A stretch of 64,000 nt of DNA from Desulfobacterales bacterium (GCA_963668645.2 CAXXWC010000021.1:1120001-1184000); one strand, 5' to 3'. Shown: positions 50,940 through 61,264, numbered from the stretch's first letter. Notes: generated by a model not told the origin, from the letters alone. Numbers and translations: made by a program.

Positions 50940-51962
50940 TTAGACGCCGTAGTACTCCCGGTACCAGGCCACAAAGCGCCGGATCCCCTCGCCAATGGGC
51001 GTCGCGGGACGAAAGTCGACGTCCCGGGCCAGATCTTCGATATCGGCATAGGTGGCCGGCACGTCACCGTCCTGCATCGGCAGCATCTCCTTGAGAGCTG
51101 GCTGTCCCAGGGCCGCCTCGATCTTACCGATGAAATCGAGCAGCGCCACCGGCTGGTGGTTGCCGATGTTGTAAATCCGATAGGGGGCACAGCTGCTCCC
51201 TGGATCCGGGGCCTCCGGGTTCCAGTCGTCGTCGCCTGCCGGAACCCGCCCCAGGACCCGCACCACCCCTTCGATGATGTCGTCGATGTAGGTAAAATCG
51301 CGCTGCATGCGACCGTGGTTGAAAACCCGGATCGGCTCTCCGGCCAGGATCGCGCGGGTAAAGAGAAAAAGCGCCATGTCTGGCCGCCCCCAGGGGCCGT
51401 AAACGGTGAAAAAGCGCAGCCCGGTGCATGGTAGCCGGTAAAGATGGCTGTACGTGTGGGCCATCAGCTCGTTGGCCTTCTTGGTAGCGGCATACAGGGA
51501 CACCGGATGATCCACGTTGTGGTGGACCGTAAACGGCATCCGGGTATTGGCGCCGTAGACTGAACTGGAAGAGGCGAAAACCAGATGTTTCACCCCATGG
51601 TGCCGGCACCCCTCGAGTACGTTGACAAAGCCCACCAGGTTGGCGTCGACATAGGCATGCGGGTTTTCCAGAGAATAGCGCACTCCGGCCTGGGCCGCCA
51701 GGTTGACCACGGAATCAAAACCACCAGCGGCGAAGAGACGAGCCATGGCCGGACGGTCTGCCAGATCGGTGCGGACAAAATCGAACCCTGCATGCCGTTC
51801 GAGTCGCTGGAGACGCGCCTGTTTGAGCCCGACATCGTAATAGGCGTTGAGGTTGTCCAGCCCGGTCACCCGCCGGCCCTCGGCCAGCAGCCGCTCGCTG
51901 AGATGATATCCGATGAAACCGGCCGCACCGGTCACCAGGACATGGGTCATCTCGGATGGCAT
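50940..51962 (-). CDS. NAD-dependent epimerase (UDP-glucuronate 4-epimerase family)
   Basis: GAAGFIG, LAAQAGVRYSLENP, SSSSVYG, YAATKK, RFFTVYGPWGRPDMA, RDFTYIDD. Confidence 0.93.
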   Translation of the reverse strand: MPSEMTHVLVTGAAGFIGYHLSERLLAEGRRVTGLDNLNAYYDVGLKQARLQRLERHAGFDFVRTDLADRPAMARLFAAGGFDSVVNLAAQAGVRYSLENPHAYVDANLVGFVNVLEGCRHHGVKHLVFASSSSVYGANTRMPFTVHHNVDHPVSLYAATKKANELMAHTYSHLYRLPCTGLRFFTVYGPWGRPDMALFLFTRAILAGEPIRVFNHGRMQRDFTYIDDIIEGVVRVLGRVPAGDDDWNPEAPDPGSSCAPYRIYNIGNHQPVALLDFIGKIEAALGQPALKEMLPMQDGDVPATYADIEDLARDVDFRPATPIGEGIRRFVAWYREYYGV

Positions 51963-52356
51963 GGGTGATCTCCTTTCTTTTCAGGACGACACTATTATCG
52001 GAAGCGCACTGCCTTCGCAAGAATGAAGTCCGGCCCACGCCGGGACAGCCCATCGACCGTCAGGCCGAAACGGTCATCAGACCTGCGACAGGCTGGTATG
52101 TTCAAAGCACGGAGGGAAAGCTGGTCGGTCCCGGCCCGCGGGGTCCGGTGTCCAGGCCTCGCAGGCAGCGGGAGTGAAAAAAGGTCTCGTCCAAAATCCG
52201 GCCCCATCATGCACCGTGGCACATTCGGGGACACAAAAACGGCTCAAACAAACTTTGCCGGACCGGAAGGTTTAACCATCCAACATCTGTAAAAAACCGA
52301 TTGGCCTTCACCTTGGCCGGTTTCGTCCCCACTTGGAAGCTGTGACATTATTTTTT

Positions 52357-54060
52357 TCATGCCCCCTCTTCCATATGCTTTATCCGCGTCTGTTTCACCG
52401 GCTTATACATACGATAACCGCCCGAGATATTGTACGCCCTGAACCCGTGCTGGAGCATCATGCGCAGGGCCACGTAGGAGCGTGCCCCGACCTGGCAGTA
52501 AACCCAGATCTCCCGCTGCCGCGGCAGTTCGTCCAGGCGACGGCGCAGGGTGTGCAACGGAATGTTCACCGCTCCGGGAAGATGCCCCTCGGCAAACTCC
52601 TCCTCTTTGCGCACGTCCAAGACCAGCACATCGGATTTGGGCAGGTCCTCCCAGTAAACGGTGGGGGCATCGCCGTGCAGGATGTTGGCCGCCACCATTC
52701 CGGCGATATTCACCGGGTCTTTGGCCGAGCCGTACTGTGGTGCGTAGCTCAACTCGGCCTCTTCCAGGTCGAATACGGTGCCGCGGCGCTGCAGATGGCT
52801 GGCGATGACGTCGATGCGCTTTTCCACCCCCAGGTGCCCCACGGCCTGGGCCCCCAGCAGGCGGCCGTCGGCGCCGTCGAAAAGCAGCTTGATGGTAATG
52901 GTTTCGGCGTTCGGATAGTAGCGCGCGTGGTTGTCCGGATGAATGTAGATCTTGCACGCATGCCAGCGGCGGCCGTCTGGATCGAGCCGCGCCAGCGTCT
53001 TTTCGTTGATCCCGGTACAGGCCAGGGTCAGCCCCATGAGTCCACATACGGCGGTGCCCTGAACACCGCGGAACGCCGGAAAGCGGTACAGGTCACGGCA
53101 TATGGCGTTGGCCGCAACCCGGCCCTGGCGGTTGGCCGGCCCGGCCAGCGGGACCATTACCGGCAGACCGGTGACATGGTCCGTGACCTGCACGGCATCG
53201 CCCACCGCCCAGATGGCCGGATCGTTGGTGCGCATATAACGATCGACCAGGATGCCGCCGCGTTCGCCCAGTTCGAGACCCGCCTTGGCTGCCAGGCGGC
53301 TGCGCGGTCGCACACCAGCGGCCAGCACCACCAGATCGGCTTGGAACCGCCGTTTGTCGGCCAGCTCCACCTGGATGGGGCCGTCCTGCTGGCCGCTGAA
53401 GCCGGACACCGCGCAGCCGAGTTCCAGGGCCACGCCGTTTTCCTCCAGGTGCCGGTGCACGAACCAGGCGATCTCCGGGTCCAGCGGCGGCATCACCTGG
53501 TCCTGCATCTCCACCAAGGTCACCGCCATGCCGAGCCGGTGCAGGTTCTCGGTCATCTCCAGGCCGATGAAGCCCCCGCCTACCACCACGGCCCGCTTGG
53601 CCCGATGGCGGCCGATCCAGTCCATAATGGCGCGGGTGTCCGGGATGGTCCAGAGGGTAAAGATCCCGGGCCGATCGAGGCCCGGCAGCGGCGGCCGCAA
53701 CGGCACCGATCCGGGAGCGAGCACCAACGCGTCGTAACGCTCCTGGTAGCGCCGGCCGGTCTTCAGATCGCAGACCGTTATGGTCTTGGCCTGCCGGTCG
53801 ATGCGTTCCACGTTGCTCTCGGTGCGGACCTCCACGTTGAACCGGTCGCGGAACAGTTCCGGGGTGGAGACCAGCAGATCCTCCTCTTTGGTGATCACTT
53901 TTCCGACGTAGTAGGGCAGCCCGCAGTTGGCAAAGGAAACGTAGGGCCCCCTTTCGAAAAGGATGATGGTGGCGTTCTCGTCCAGGCGCCGGGCCCGTGC
54001 GGCGCAGGAAGCCCCGCCGGCCACACCGCCGATGATCAGCAGTCGTTTGAATTCGCTCAT
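52357..54060 (-). CDS. CoA-disulfide reductase with C-terminal rhodanese domain (persulfide reductase-like)
   Basis: GGVAGGAS, SFANCGLPY (redox Cys), GGGFIGLE, YAPQYGSAKD, rhodanese DVR...HLPGA...CQVGARS. Confidence 0.92.
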   Translation of the reverse strand: MSEFKRLLIIGGVAGGASCAARARRLDENATIILFERGPYVSFANCGLPYYVGKVITKEEDLLVSTPELFRDRFNVEVRTESNVERIDRQAKTITVCDLKTGRRYQERYDALVLAPGSVPLRPPLPGLDRPGIFTLWTIPDTRAIMDWIGRHRAKRAVVVGGGFIGLEMTENLHRLGMAVTLVEMQDQVMPPLDPEIAWFVHRHLEENGVALELGCAVSGFSGQQDGPIQVELADKRRFQADLVVLAAGVRPRSRLAAKAGLELGERGGILVDRYMRTNDPAIWAVGDAVQVTDHVTGLPVMVPLAGPANRQGRVAANAICRDLYRFPAFRGVQGTAVCGLMGLTLACTGINEKTLARLDPDGRRWHACKIYIHPDNHARYYPNAETITIKLLFDGADGRLLGAQAVGHLGVEKRIDVIASHLQRRGTVFDLEEAELSYAPQYGSAKDPVNIAGMVAANILHGDAPTVYWEDLPKSDVLVLDVRKEEEFAEGHLPGAVNIPLHTLRRRLDELPRQREIWVYCQVGARSYVALRMMLQHGFRAYNISGGYRMYKPVKQTRIKHMEEGA

Positions 54061-54270
54061 TTTTCTTATCCACCTCGGGTAGAGGACGTTTGGTGTCTTT
54101 CATGCGGGGATGGCAGTCGTCAGCCGGTCAAACCGTGTGGCCGAATTGGGCAAGGGCAGCATGAGGGCAAGAATTTTTGGCAAGTGGCAACGCCATATCG
54201 TGGGTTTGGCACCGTTCACCCACAGACGGCTGGCAGAAGTTTAACGTTCCTGCAGCCGATTTTGAAATCG

Positions 54271-54801
54271 TCACGATCCCTTTTCAGCCTTCTCTTTTCC
54301 AATGGAACAGAGAAGTTCGACAGTCCATCGCGTTGCCTTGCCGACGACCTCAGGACACTTGTGATCGTGTCCCCCGTCGGCGAGATAGACATCCCATTCT
54401 CCAGAGATTCTGGGGTTATAGGTGCGTCCGAAAATTTTTTTGTGTATGTTTTTGCAAATCGAGCTCCCGTATTCCCTTTCAAAGCGCTCGTGAAGCTTCC
54501 GGCACAGGGCAGAACAAGTCGCCCTGGCTTCTTCGGCCCCCTCGAGGTTATTAAGTTCCCTCCCGTAAAGGAGACTAACGGCCATGACCCCTCCCAAAAG
54601 GGCACCGCAGGTATTTTCGAACGTCTGCCCGATGCCTCCCCCCAAGCCGGTTGCAGCTTTAAATGCATCCGGCTTATCCAAGTTGAAAAAAGCCATCAGG
54701 GTAGCAAGCGTACTCTGGGCACATCCGTGGTATCTCTTGTTAAACTGGCATCCCTTTGCCTCCACTTCATCAAGGATTTGAGGCGTTAAGTTTCTATCCA
54801 T
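54271..54801 (-). CDS. C-GCAxxG-C-C family putative redox protein
   Basis: GCAQS, GLGGG, TCGALLG, SICKNI, KCPEVV. Confidence 0.85.
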   Translation of the reverse strand: MDRNLTPQILDEVEAKGCQFNKRYHGCAQSTLATLMAFFNLDKPDAFKAATGLGGGIGQTFENTCGALLGGVMAVSLLYGRELNNLEGAEEARATCSALCRKLHERFEREYGSSICKNIHKKIFGRTYNPRISGEWDVYLADGGHDHKCPEVVGKATRWTVELLCSIGKEKAEKGS

Positions 54802-54880
54802 TTCGATTCTCACCCGTAGTTTCAAAAGGAAAACACAACTGCCCGACTTTTCAGCACCTTTTTTCAGCACCTTATCAAGC

Positions 54881-56167
54881 CTACATCACAAACCCCAGAA
54901 GCTTGGGCACAAAAAGCACGACCGGCGGGAAATAAGTGATCAGAATCAGCACCGCAAATTGCGCCAGAATGAAGGGCATAATCGCCTTGGAAATACGTTC
55001 GACAGAAATTTTCGCCAACGGCACCGTTGCAAAGAGGCAGGTGCCTACTGGCGGTGTGCCAAGACCGATGATGAGATTGACAACCATCAGCAAGGCGAAG
55101 TGCAGGGGATGAATGCCGACAGCCTCCGCCACCGGAGCCAGGATTGGGCCCAGGATCAGAATGTTGGCCGTCGCATCCAGAACCATGCCCATTACCAGGA
55201 GAAATACGTTAAAAAACAGCAGGATAAGATACTTGTTGCTCGTAAGACCAGTGATGATTTTGACAATTGTCGTCGGCACATCCAACATCGTGATAAGCCA
55301 GGCAAAAGGAGCGCAGGCGCCGACCAACAAGAGAATCACACCGGAGGTGACCGCACTGTCAAAGAGGCAATTAATGAACGAGGAAAAGCTTAAATTACGA
55401 TAGACTACAAAGCCAAGCAGCAGTGCATAGGCGACGGCGATTCCCGCCGCTTCGGTGGCGGTGAAGATTCCCAGGACCATCCCCCCGATAATAATCAGCG
55501 GCATCAAGAGCGCCAAGAAGGATTTCCTAAACGCCTTGATGAACTCTCGAAACGAAAACCGCTCTGAGTGAACCGGGTATTTACGGCGTATGCTTATGAG
55601 GTAGGCGGTCAGAATCAGCATGCTCCCGATCAGCAAACCGGGGATAAGCCCGGCCGCGAAAAGACCGCCGATGGAAACCCCCAGAGTCGCGCCGTAAAGC
55701 ACCATGGCCACGCTCGGAGGAATGATGGCGCCGATCATGGATGAACTGGCCGTGACCGCGGCGGTGAAATCCGGGTCATAGCCTTCATCGACCATGGCCG
55801 GAATCAGAACAGAGCCGACCGAGACGGTATCGGCCACGGCCGATCCGTTCAGCCCCGCAAAAAACATGCTCACCACGATGTTCACATGCGCCAGACCGCC
55901 GCGGATATGCCCAACCATGGTGTCGCTGAGCCGAATGAGCTGATGGGTGATTTTGACAGAGTTCATGAGGTTTCCTGCCAGGATGAACAAGGGAATGGCC
56001 ATCAGCGGAAACGAATCCAGGGCAGCAAACATCTCGTGCGGTATGAACTTGAGGGAATAGCGCATGAAAAACATGGCAAAAAACAACGGAATCACGCCCA
56101 GGCAAAAACCGATGGGCAGCCCGATGCAGATCATAATGGCAAAACCTATAAAAATCGCTGCAATCAT
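54881..56167 (-). CDS. TRAP transporter large permease DctM (system 2)
   Basis: AIPLFILAG, GSAVAD, IIPPS, FTATEA, TPPVG. Confidence 0.93.
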   Translation of the reverse strand: MIAAIFIGFAIMICIGLPIGFCLGVIPLFFAMFFMRYSLKFIPHEMFAALDSFPLMAIPLFILAGNLMNSVKITHQLIRLSDTMVGHIRGGLAHVNIVVSMFFAGLNGSAVADTVSVGSVLIPAMVDEGYDPDFTAAVTASSSMIGAIIPPSVAMVLYGATLGVSIGGLFAAGLIPGLLIGSMLILTAYLISIRRKYPVHSERFSFREFIKAFRKSFLALLMPLIIIGGMVLGIFTATEAAGIAVAYALLLGFVVYRNLSFSSFINCLFDSAVTSGVILLLVGACAPFAWLITMLDVPTTIVKIITGLTSNKYLILLFFNVFLLVMGMVLDATANILILGPILAPVAEAVGIHPLHFALLMVVNLIIGLGTPPVGTCLFATVPLAKISVERISKAIMPFILAQFAVLILITYFPPVVLFVPKLLGFVM

Positions 56168-56204
56168 ACTGTTCTCCCTTATGGATTGCCGATTCCATCC
56201 ACAG

Positions 56205-56783
56205 CTAGCACTCCGATGAAGATCCGTAAAACAGAGCGTAAAAGTCTTTAGTGATCAGATAAAATAGATGGATGAGCATCAACAGGCCGGCCAGAGGCAT
56301 TCCAAGCATGACATAGGTGTAGGGGATATGGACGGCCCATGAAAAAGCATGATTTGTAAGCGCCTGCTGGTAGCCGAGCCCGGTAAAGAAAACGACAAAG
56401 TAAAGCATGATAAACTTTCCGCACAACAGAACCCAGAAACGCGAACGCTCGCTAAGCCGGTTGGTGAACATGGTCATTGCGACGTTGCTCTCGAGCCGCA
56501 CCGCCGCCCCGGCCCCGATATAGCCGACCCAAACCAGACACCATTTGGTGATTTCCTGTGGCCAGATCAGCGACACGTTGATCACGTACCGGAACAGAAT
56601 ATCGATCATCACCAAAGTCACGATGCAAAACATAAGCATAATCAGCAGCCATTTGCTGAAAACAAATGCCCCGTCACTGACTACCTTGAGCCCTTTCAAT
56701 AACTGCTCCAGCGTTGCTGAACGATCATGTGCTCCTGTCATGGTCAATCTTTCCTCATCTTGAGCGTGTCCGGACACTTTCAT
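56205..56783 (-). CDS. TRAP transporter small permease DctQ (system 2)
   Basis: 4 TM helices, FRYV..SLIWPQEI, YIGAG. Start 56783 or 56741. Confidence 0.88.
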   Translation of the reverse strand: MKVSGHAQDEERLTMTGAHDRSATLEQLLKGLKVVSDGAFVFSKWLLIMLMFCIVTLVMIDILFRYVINVSLIWPQEITKWCLVWVGYIGAGAAVRLESNVAMTMFTNRLSERSRFWVLLCGKFIMLYFVVFFTGLGYQQALTNHAFSWAVHIPYTYVMLGMPLAGLLMLIHLFYLITKDFYALFYGSSSEC

Positions 56784-56803
56784 CGGACCTTGTCTGTCCT
56801 GAA

Positions 56804-56903
56804 AGCTGGCTCCAAAACCCCGGATCCCAGGCCCCGGCGCACCTAGACGCCGTGCAGTGAAACGGCCAAGATCGGCTTCTCAGGCAGGATTTTGAACCCA
56901 GCT
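56804..56903. repeat. 100-bp intergenic element with imperfect terminal inverted repeats
   Basis: AGCTGGCTCCAAAACCC ... GGATTTTGAACCCAGCT. Confidence 0.3.
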
Positions 56904-56928
56904 CCGCTTTCCCTGTGCGCCTCTTGCG

Positions 56929-57729
56929 CTAGCTGTGGCAAAGCCATCCGCCATCGACCACGAGCACATGGCCTGTGACCATATCGGCCGCCGGAGAGGC
57001 CAAAAAAAGCACTGCGCCGGATAAATGCTTTACCGGATCCTGGAAATCTCCCAACGGGAGACGCTCTCGCATCTTCGGCCCATAATCCGGATCATCGATC
57101 CGCTTGACAGCCATTTCCGTCTTAAAAAATCCCGGTGCAATCGCATTGACGCAAATCTGATATCGGCCCCATTCCGTAGCCAAAGACCGGGTAAGATTCA
57201 CCACGCCGGCCTTGCTGGTGTTATAGGCACTGCCTGGATGCAGAAAGCTCGCCGTCAAAGCATGGGCCGAAGCGATATTGACGATCTTTCCGCCTTTGCC
57301 CTGTTTGATCATCGACTTGCCGACTTCCCGGCAACAGATGAACTGGGCGGTCAAATTCACGCCGAGAACGCGATTCCATTCTTCCAGGGTAAATTCTTCG
57401 GCCGGTTTGATAATCTGGATTCCCGCATTATTGACCAGGATATTGATCGGTCCAAGCTCCGCTTCCGCCTGGGCCACCATCTCAATGACGTCTTTTTCCG
57501 AAGTGACGTCTATTGCAAAGCCGCGGCTTTTGCGGCCCGTGGCCACGATCCCCTCTGCCGTCTTAGCGGCCGTGGCCGCGTCAATGTCCGTCACGGCCAC
57601 ATCCGCGCCGGCTCTGGCCAACGCGTCGGCCATCGCCTTGCCCAGACCTCGCCCTGCGCCGGTCACCAGGGCCGTCTTTCCGGTAAGATCAAACAGGTCT
57701 CCTAAAAATGCCTTGGTCGTGTTATCCAT
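56929..57729 (-). CDS. Classical SDR oxidoreductase (gluconate 5-dehydrogenase/KduD-like)
   Basis: TGAGRGLG, NNAG, YNTSK, NAIAPG, VDGGW. Confidence 0.9.
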   Translation of the reverse strand: MDNTTKAFLGDLFDLTGKTALVTGAGRGLGKAMADALARAGADVAVTDIDAATAAKTAEGIVATGRKSRGFAIDVTSEKDVIEMVAQAEAELGPINILVNNAGIQIIKPAEEFTLEEWNRVLGVNLTAQFICCREVGKSMIKQGKGGKIVNIASAHALTASFLHPGSAYNTSKAGVVNLTRSLATEWGRYQICVNAIAPGFFKTEMAVKRIDDPDYGPKMRERLPLGDFQDPVKHLSGAVLFLASPAADMVTGHVLVVDGGWLCHS

Positions 57730-57832
57730 TGCCAAATCCTTTTCTCCCTTTCAGCCAGATGGGTCCGGTTTCTTTCAACGGGGAGGAAAGAACGAAGAAC
57801 CGAAGTTCGCCGTCCCTTCCCCCCGGCGGTGA

Positions 57833-58876
57833 TCAATATTTATCCAACGGGATTTGCGCGTCCTGAATTTGTTTTATAAACTCCCTGTCCAGCTTGAGAT
57901 CTTTAATCCAATCTTCCCACAGGGCCTTGGCTTTAGAGACCCAGAGTTCCTCTTCTTCTTTACTCGGTTTATAAAAGGTGCAGCCGGCAGATTTCATCTT
58001 CTGTTCGGCGTTATGACACCAATACTGGTCATGCTGATAGCAGGCTAACGACGCCTCGGTCGCCGCCCGGTCCACCGCGGCCTGGAGCTCCTTGGGCAGG
58101 CTGTTGTAGCGATCCAGGTTCATGAGTGCCATGTGCCATACCCCGCCGCCACCCGTTTCGGTGACGAACTTGGTCACTTCATAGATCTTCGAGATATAGG
58201 CCCAAAGGGGCGGCAGGTAGACGCCGTTGACGATCCCTTGCATGGCAGAGGTGTAAGTTTCTGCCCATGCGATGGAAACCGGACTAAATCCCCACGCTGC
58301 CGCCAGTTTTTGATCGATCGGCGAGGCCACGACGCGTAGCTTGATGCCATTGGCATCGGCCGGGCTCTTGACGATGCTCTTGGTGGTCAGGATGTGTCTC
58401 TCGCCGCCAGCCGGATAAGCCTGGAGCAACTTGAAACCGTCCTTTTTCACTCGCGCTTGCATCTTTTCCCAGATCTCGGGATTGGTCATCACACGAAACC
58501 AGTTGTAATGACCGTGAACGATATACGGCAGGTCGAATTCCAACCAGGCGCGCCCCATGCTGGCATAGTTGCCGTTGGACGTATGGCCGATATCCAAGGT
58601 GCCCAGCTGCACCATCTGCATCAGCTTCATGTCGCTGCCCATGGAGCCGGCCGGATGGACCTCCACTTTAATGCGCCCATTGGAGTATTTTTCCACCCGC
58701 TTCTTGAACTCGTCGGCCGAATAAAAGGTTGTGTTGATCTCCGTGCCGGTATGCGCTTCGACAATCTTGAAGACTTCTGCGGCGGCGTGGGCCATCCCGG
58801 TTTTACCGATCATAAAAAGCGCAAAAAGAAAGGCCATGCCAACTACCGATCTTATCGTCCAGCCAGTCCTTCTCAT
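57833..58876 (-). CDS. TRAP substrate-binding protein DctP (system 2)
   Basis: Signal peptide, FKKRVEKYSNGRIKVEVHP, DLPY, GIKLRV, WAETY. RBS GGAGG. Confidence 0.9.
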   Translation of the reverse strand: MRRTGWTIRSVVGMAFLFALFMIGKTGMAHAAAEVFKIVEAHTGTEINTTFYSADEFKKRVEKYSNGRIKVEVHPAGSMGSDMKLMQMVQLGTLDIGHTSNGNYASMGRAWLEFDLPYIVHGHYNWFRVMTNPEIWEKMQARVKKDGFKLLQAYPAGGERHILTTKSIVKSPADANGIKLRVVASPIDQKLAAAWGFSPVSIAWAETYTSAMQGIVNGVYLPPLWAYISKIYEVTKFVTETGGGGVWHMALMNLDRYNSLPKELQAAVDRAATEASLACYQHDQYWCHNAEQKMKSAGCTFYKPSKEEEELWVSKAKALWEDWIKDLKLDREFIKQIQDAQIPLDKY

Positions 58877-58972
58877 AACTACCTCCTTTTTTTATCCTTA
58901 TTCATCCTTCGACAATTTCAAACGCCCGATGCGGAGCGCTTCGATTTTCCCTTGCAACGTCCAATGGCGGCA

Positions 58973-59323
58973 CTAAATTTCAGGAGCGCTGGAGGGAACC
59001 ATGCATGCGAAGACCATGGGTGCATCACCCGTATTTTTGAACCCGTGCTCCTCGCTGCCCGGGACAAACAGCGTATCGCCCTGGGAGACAGGCACCCATT
59101 TTCCCGCGTTGAAAAAGTCAGCTTTGCCGGAAAAGATGATGATCTCGTGTTCCCATTCATGCCGGTGGACAGGGGTGTATCCATTCACCGCGATCTCGAA
59201 AAAGCGCATGTAGAAATTTTTGGCGCCGTCGCGACTGCCGATAACCAAACGTCCGGCAAACCCTTTGGCGCCTTCGCGTCCGACCGGCATGAGCTCGGAT
59301 TCGGTATAGTGGGCTATTTTCAT
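58973..59323 (-). CDS. Cupin domain protein
   Basis: PVHRHEWEH and PGSEEHGF metal-binding cupin motifs. Confidence 0.88.
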   Translation of the reverse strand: MKIAHYTESELMPVGREGAKGFAGRLVIGSRDGAKNFYMRFFEIAVNGYTPVHRHEWEHEIIIFSGKADFFNAGKWVPVSQGDTLFVPGSEEHGFKNTGDAPMVFACMVPSSAPEI

Positions 59324-59418
59324 TGCGAGACTTCCCTTTCCTGTAATGATTGCGATCTTTGTCTTCATCAGCGCTGACACCGCACCCCTTCCCAATCGGG
59401 GCACGGACACCGCTCACC

Positions 59419-60726
59419 TCAAAGCAGCCACAAGGACAGCGACGGGGCAAAAGCCAGAACCATCAAAACGACCAACATCGCCGTTACAAACAGGATGGCA
59501 TGCCAGGATATCGCCATGACAGAAGTCCCGGTAACCCCGGACACCACAAACAGATTGAGCCCCAAGGGCGGTGTAATGAACCCGATACCCAGCGCCGTGA
59601 TCATGAAAATACAAAAATGAATATCGTTCATTCCGATCTCCTGAGCCAGGGGCAGCAGCAGGGGCGAAAGAATGACGATGTTGGGCGTGGTTTCCATAAC
59701 GCATCCGGCGGCCATGAGAATCACGACCATGATCAAAACGATCAGGACCTTGTTGGTGGTCAGACTGGTCATGGTATAAACGAAGAACTGAGGCACCTGA
59801 AGTGATGCCAGGGTCTGGGCCAGGGGCAGCGACATGGCGATAATCGGTACAATGATCCCGTTGATCTTGGCCGAAGTTTCCAGCATCTCGGGAAAATCGG
59901 CCAGCTTCAACGTGCCCTGGCACAATCCGATGATGATGCTGGTGACCACGGCCACCGCCGCCGATTCTGTGGGGGTAAAGATCCCGGAATAGATGCCGCC
60001 GAGGATGATAAACGGAATCAACAAGGCGAAGCGTGCGGAATAGAGGGTCTTTAGCCAATACCTTAAATCGAAGCCGACGCCCGAGACCTCGTACCCTTTG
60101 ACCGAGTTGACCATGACGTTCGTGGCCATCACCGACAACAGGATCAGCACACCCGGAACAGCGGCTGCCAGAAACAGGGTGGAGGCCGAAATTCCGAGAA
60201 TAAGGCCGATGATGATGTATGAAATCGATGGGGGGATCAGCACACCGGTACAGGCACCGGCCGCCACGAGTGCGCAGGCATAGCCTTTGGGGTACCCTTT
60301 TTCAACAAGACGGTGAACGGTAATGCGGCTGATGGCTGCGGCATCCGCGGCATCGGAACCGGAGATGCATGCAAAAAATCCGCAGCCCAGTACGGTGGAT
60401 GTCCCTAACCCGGCACGTTGCCAGCCCATGGTGGCTTCGGCTACATCGAGAAGCTTGTTGGACAGCCCGGTTCTCACCAACACGTCGCCGGTGAGGATAA
60501 AGAGCGGCACAGCAATGAGAGCAAACGAATCCGCCCCATCGAACAGGGCCTCGCCCATCAGGGTCGGCGGCAGGACGCCGGTTGACAACAGCATGGCCAG
60601 TGAACCGATCCCGACGGCCACCCAAACGCGAACGGCCAACAGAATCATGATGGCCATGCCAAGCAGCGGCAGATAAAAATCCCAGCCGAGTGTCAACGTC
60701 TGTTGCTGGATCAGGTGTGGATACAT
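59419..60726 (-). CDS. TRAP large permease DctM (system 1, HpsM-like)
   Basis: AVPLFILTG, SGSDAADAAA, LIPPSI, FTPTES, TPPLGLNL. Confidence 0.92.
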   Translation of the reverse strand: MYPHLIQQQTLTLGWDFYLPLLGMAIMILLAVRVWVAVGIGSLAMLLSTGVLPPTLMGEALFDGADSFALIAVPLFILTGDVLVRTGLSNKLLDVAEATMGWQRAGLGTSTVLGCGFFACISGSDAADAAAISRITVHRLVEKGYPKGYACALVAAGACTGVLIPPSISYIIIGLILGISASTLFLAAAVPGVLILLSVMATNVMVNSVKGYEVSGVGFDLRYWLKTLYSARFALLIPFIILGGIYSGIFTPTESAAVAVVTSIIIGLCQGTLKLADFPEMLETSAKINGIIVPIIAMSLPLAQTLASLQVPQFFVYTMTSLTTNKVLIVLIMVVILMAAGCVMETTPNIVILSPLLLPLAQEIGMNDIHFCIFMITALGIGFITPPLGLNLFVVSGVTGTSVMAISWHAILFVTAMLVVLMVLAFAPSLSLWLL

Positions 60727-60733
60727 GGATTGG

Positions 60734-61264
60734 TCAGCTCCTGCCGTCAAAAAGCGTATTGCCCTCAAACACGGGTCGCCCGGCCTTCAAATCCTTCCAG
60801 TCCCGCCACATGGCCTGCAACAGCCGGATAACCATCATCGAAAACCCGAGCGGCACGGCGGCCAAGAACCAGGCCTGGCTGATTCTCAGCCCCTGGGTGA
60901 CCGAGCCGTAATGAATGGACGTCAGCAAGGTCCCCATGGACCAGTAAATCGCCAGTACTGCCAGAACGAGAGTGACGATATCGCCAAAGAGGAAAACGAC
61001 GCCGCGTATCCGCCGGGAAAACAGGTGCAGCAGAACGTCAATACGAATATGGGCCCGCTCCTTGATGGCGGCCGAGGCGCCGATCCAGGCCACATAAATG
61101 AATGCATAGCGCGCGATTTCCTCCGCCCAAAGCGATGAGTAGGAAAGCACGCTACGCCGGGCGACCTCCATGAATACGGTGATCACGATCATGGCGTACA
61201 GGGGCAACAGCAGATAGCGTTCACCATGTTGATCAATCTGTTTCAGGATCTGTTTCAATTGCAT
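60734..61264 (-). CDS. TRAP small permease DctQ (system 1, HpsL-like)
   Basis: SSLWAEEIARYAFIYVAWIGA, HIRID, 4 TM helices. Start 61264 or 61315. Confidence 0.9.
   Translation of the reverse strand: MQLKQILKQIDQHGERYLLLPLYAMIVITVFMEVARRSVLSYSSLWAEEIARYAFIYVAWIGASAAIKERAHIRIDVLLHLFSRRIRGVVFLFGDIVTLVLAVLAIYWSMGTLLTSIHYGSVTQGLRISQAWFLAAVPLGFSMMVIRLLQAMWRDWKDLKAGRPVFEGNTLFDGRS

Noticed and set aside
52357..54801. Possible selenoprotein readthrough in the redox proteins
   Set aside because: Catalytic positions are Cys codons and the ORFs are full length with no in-frame TGA.
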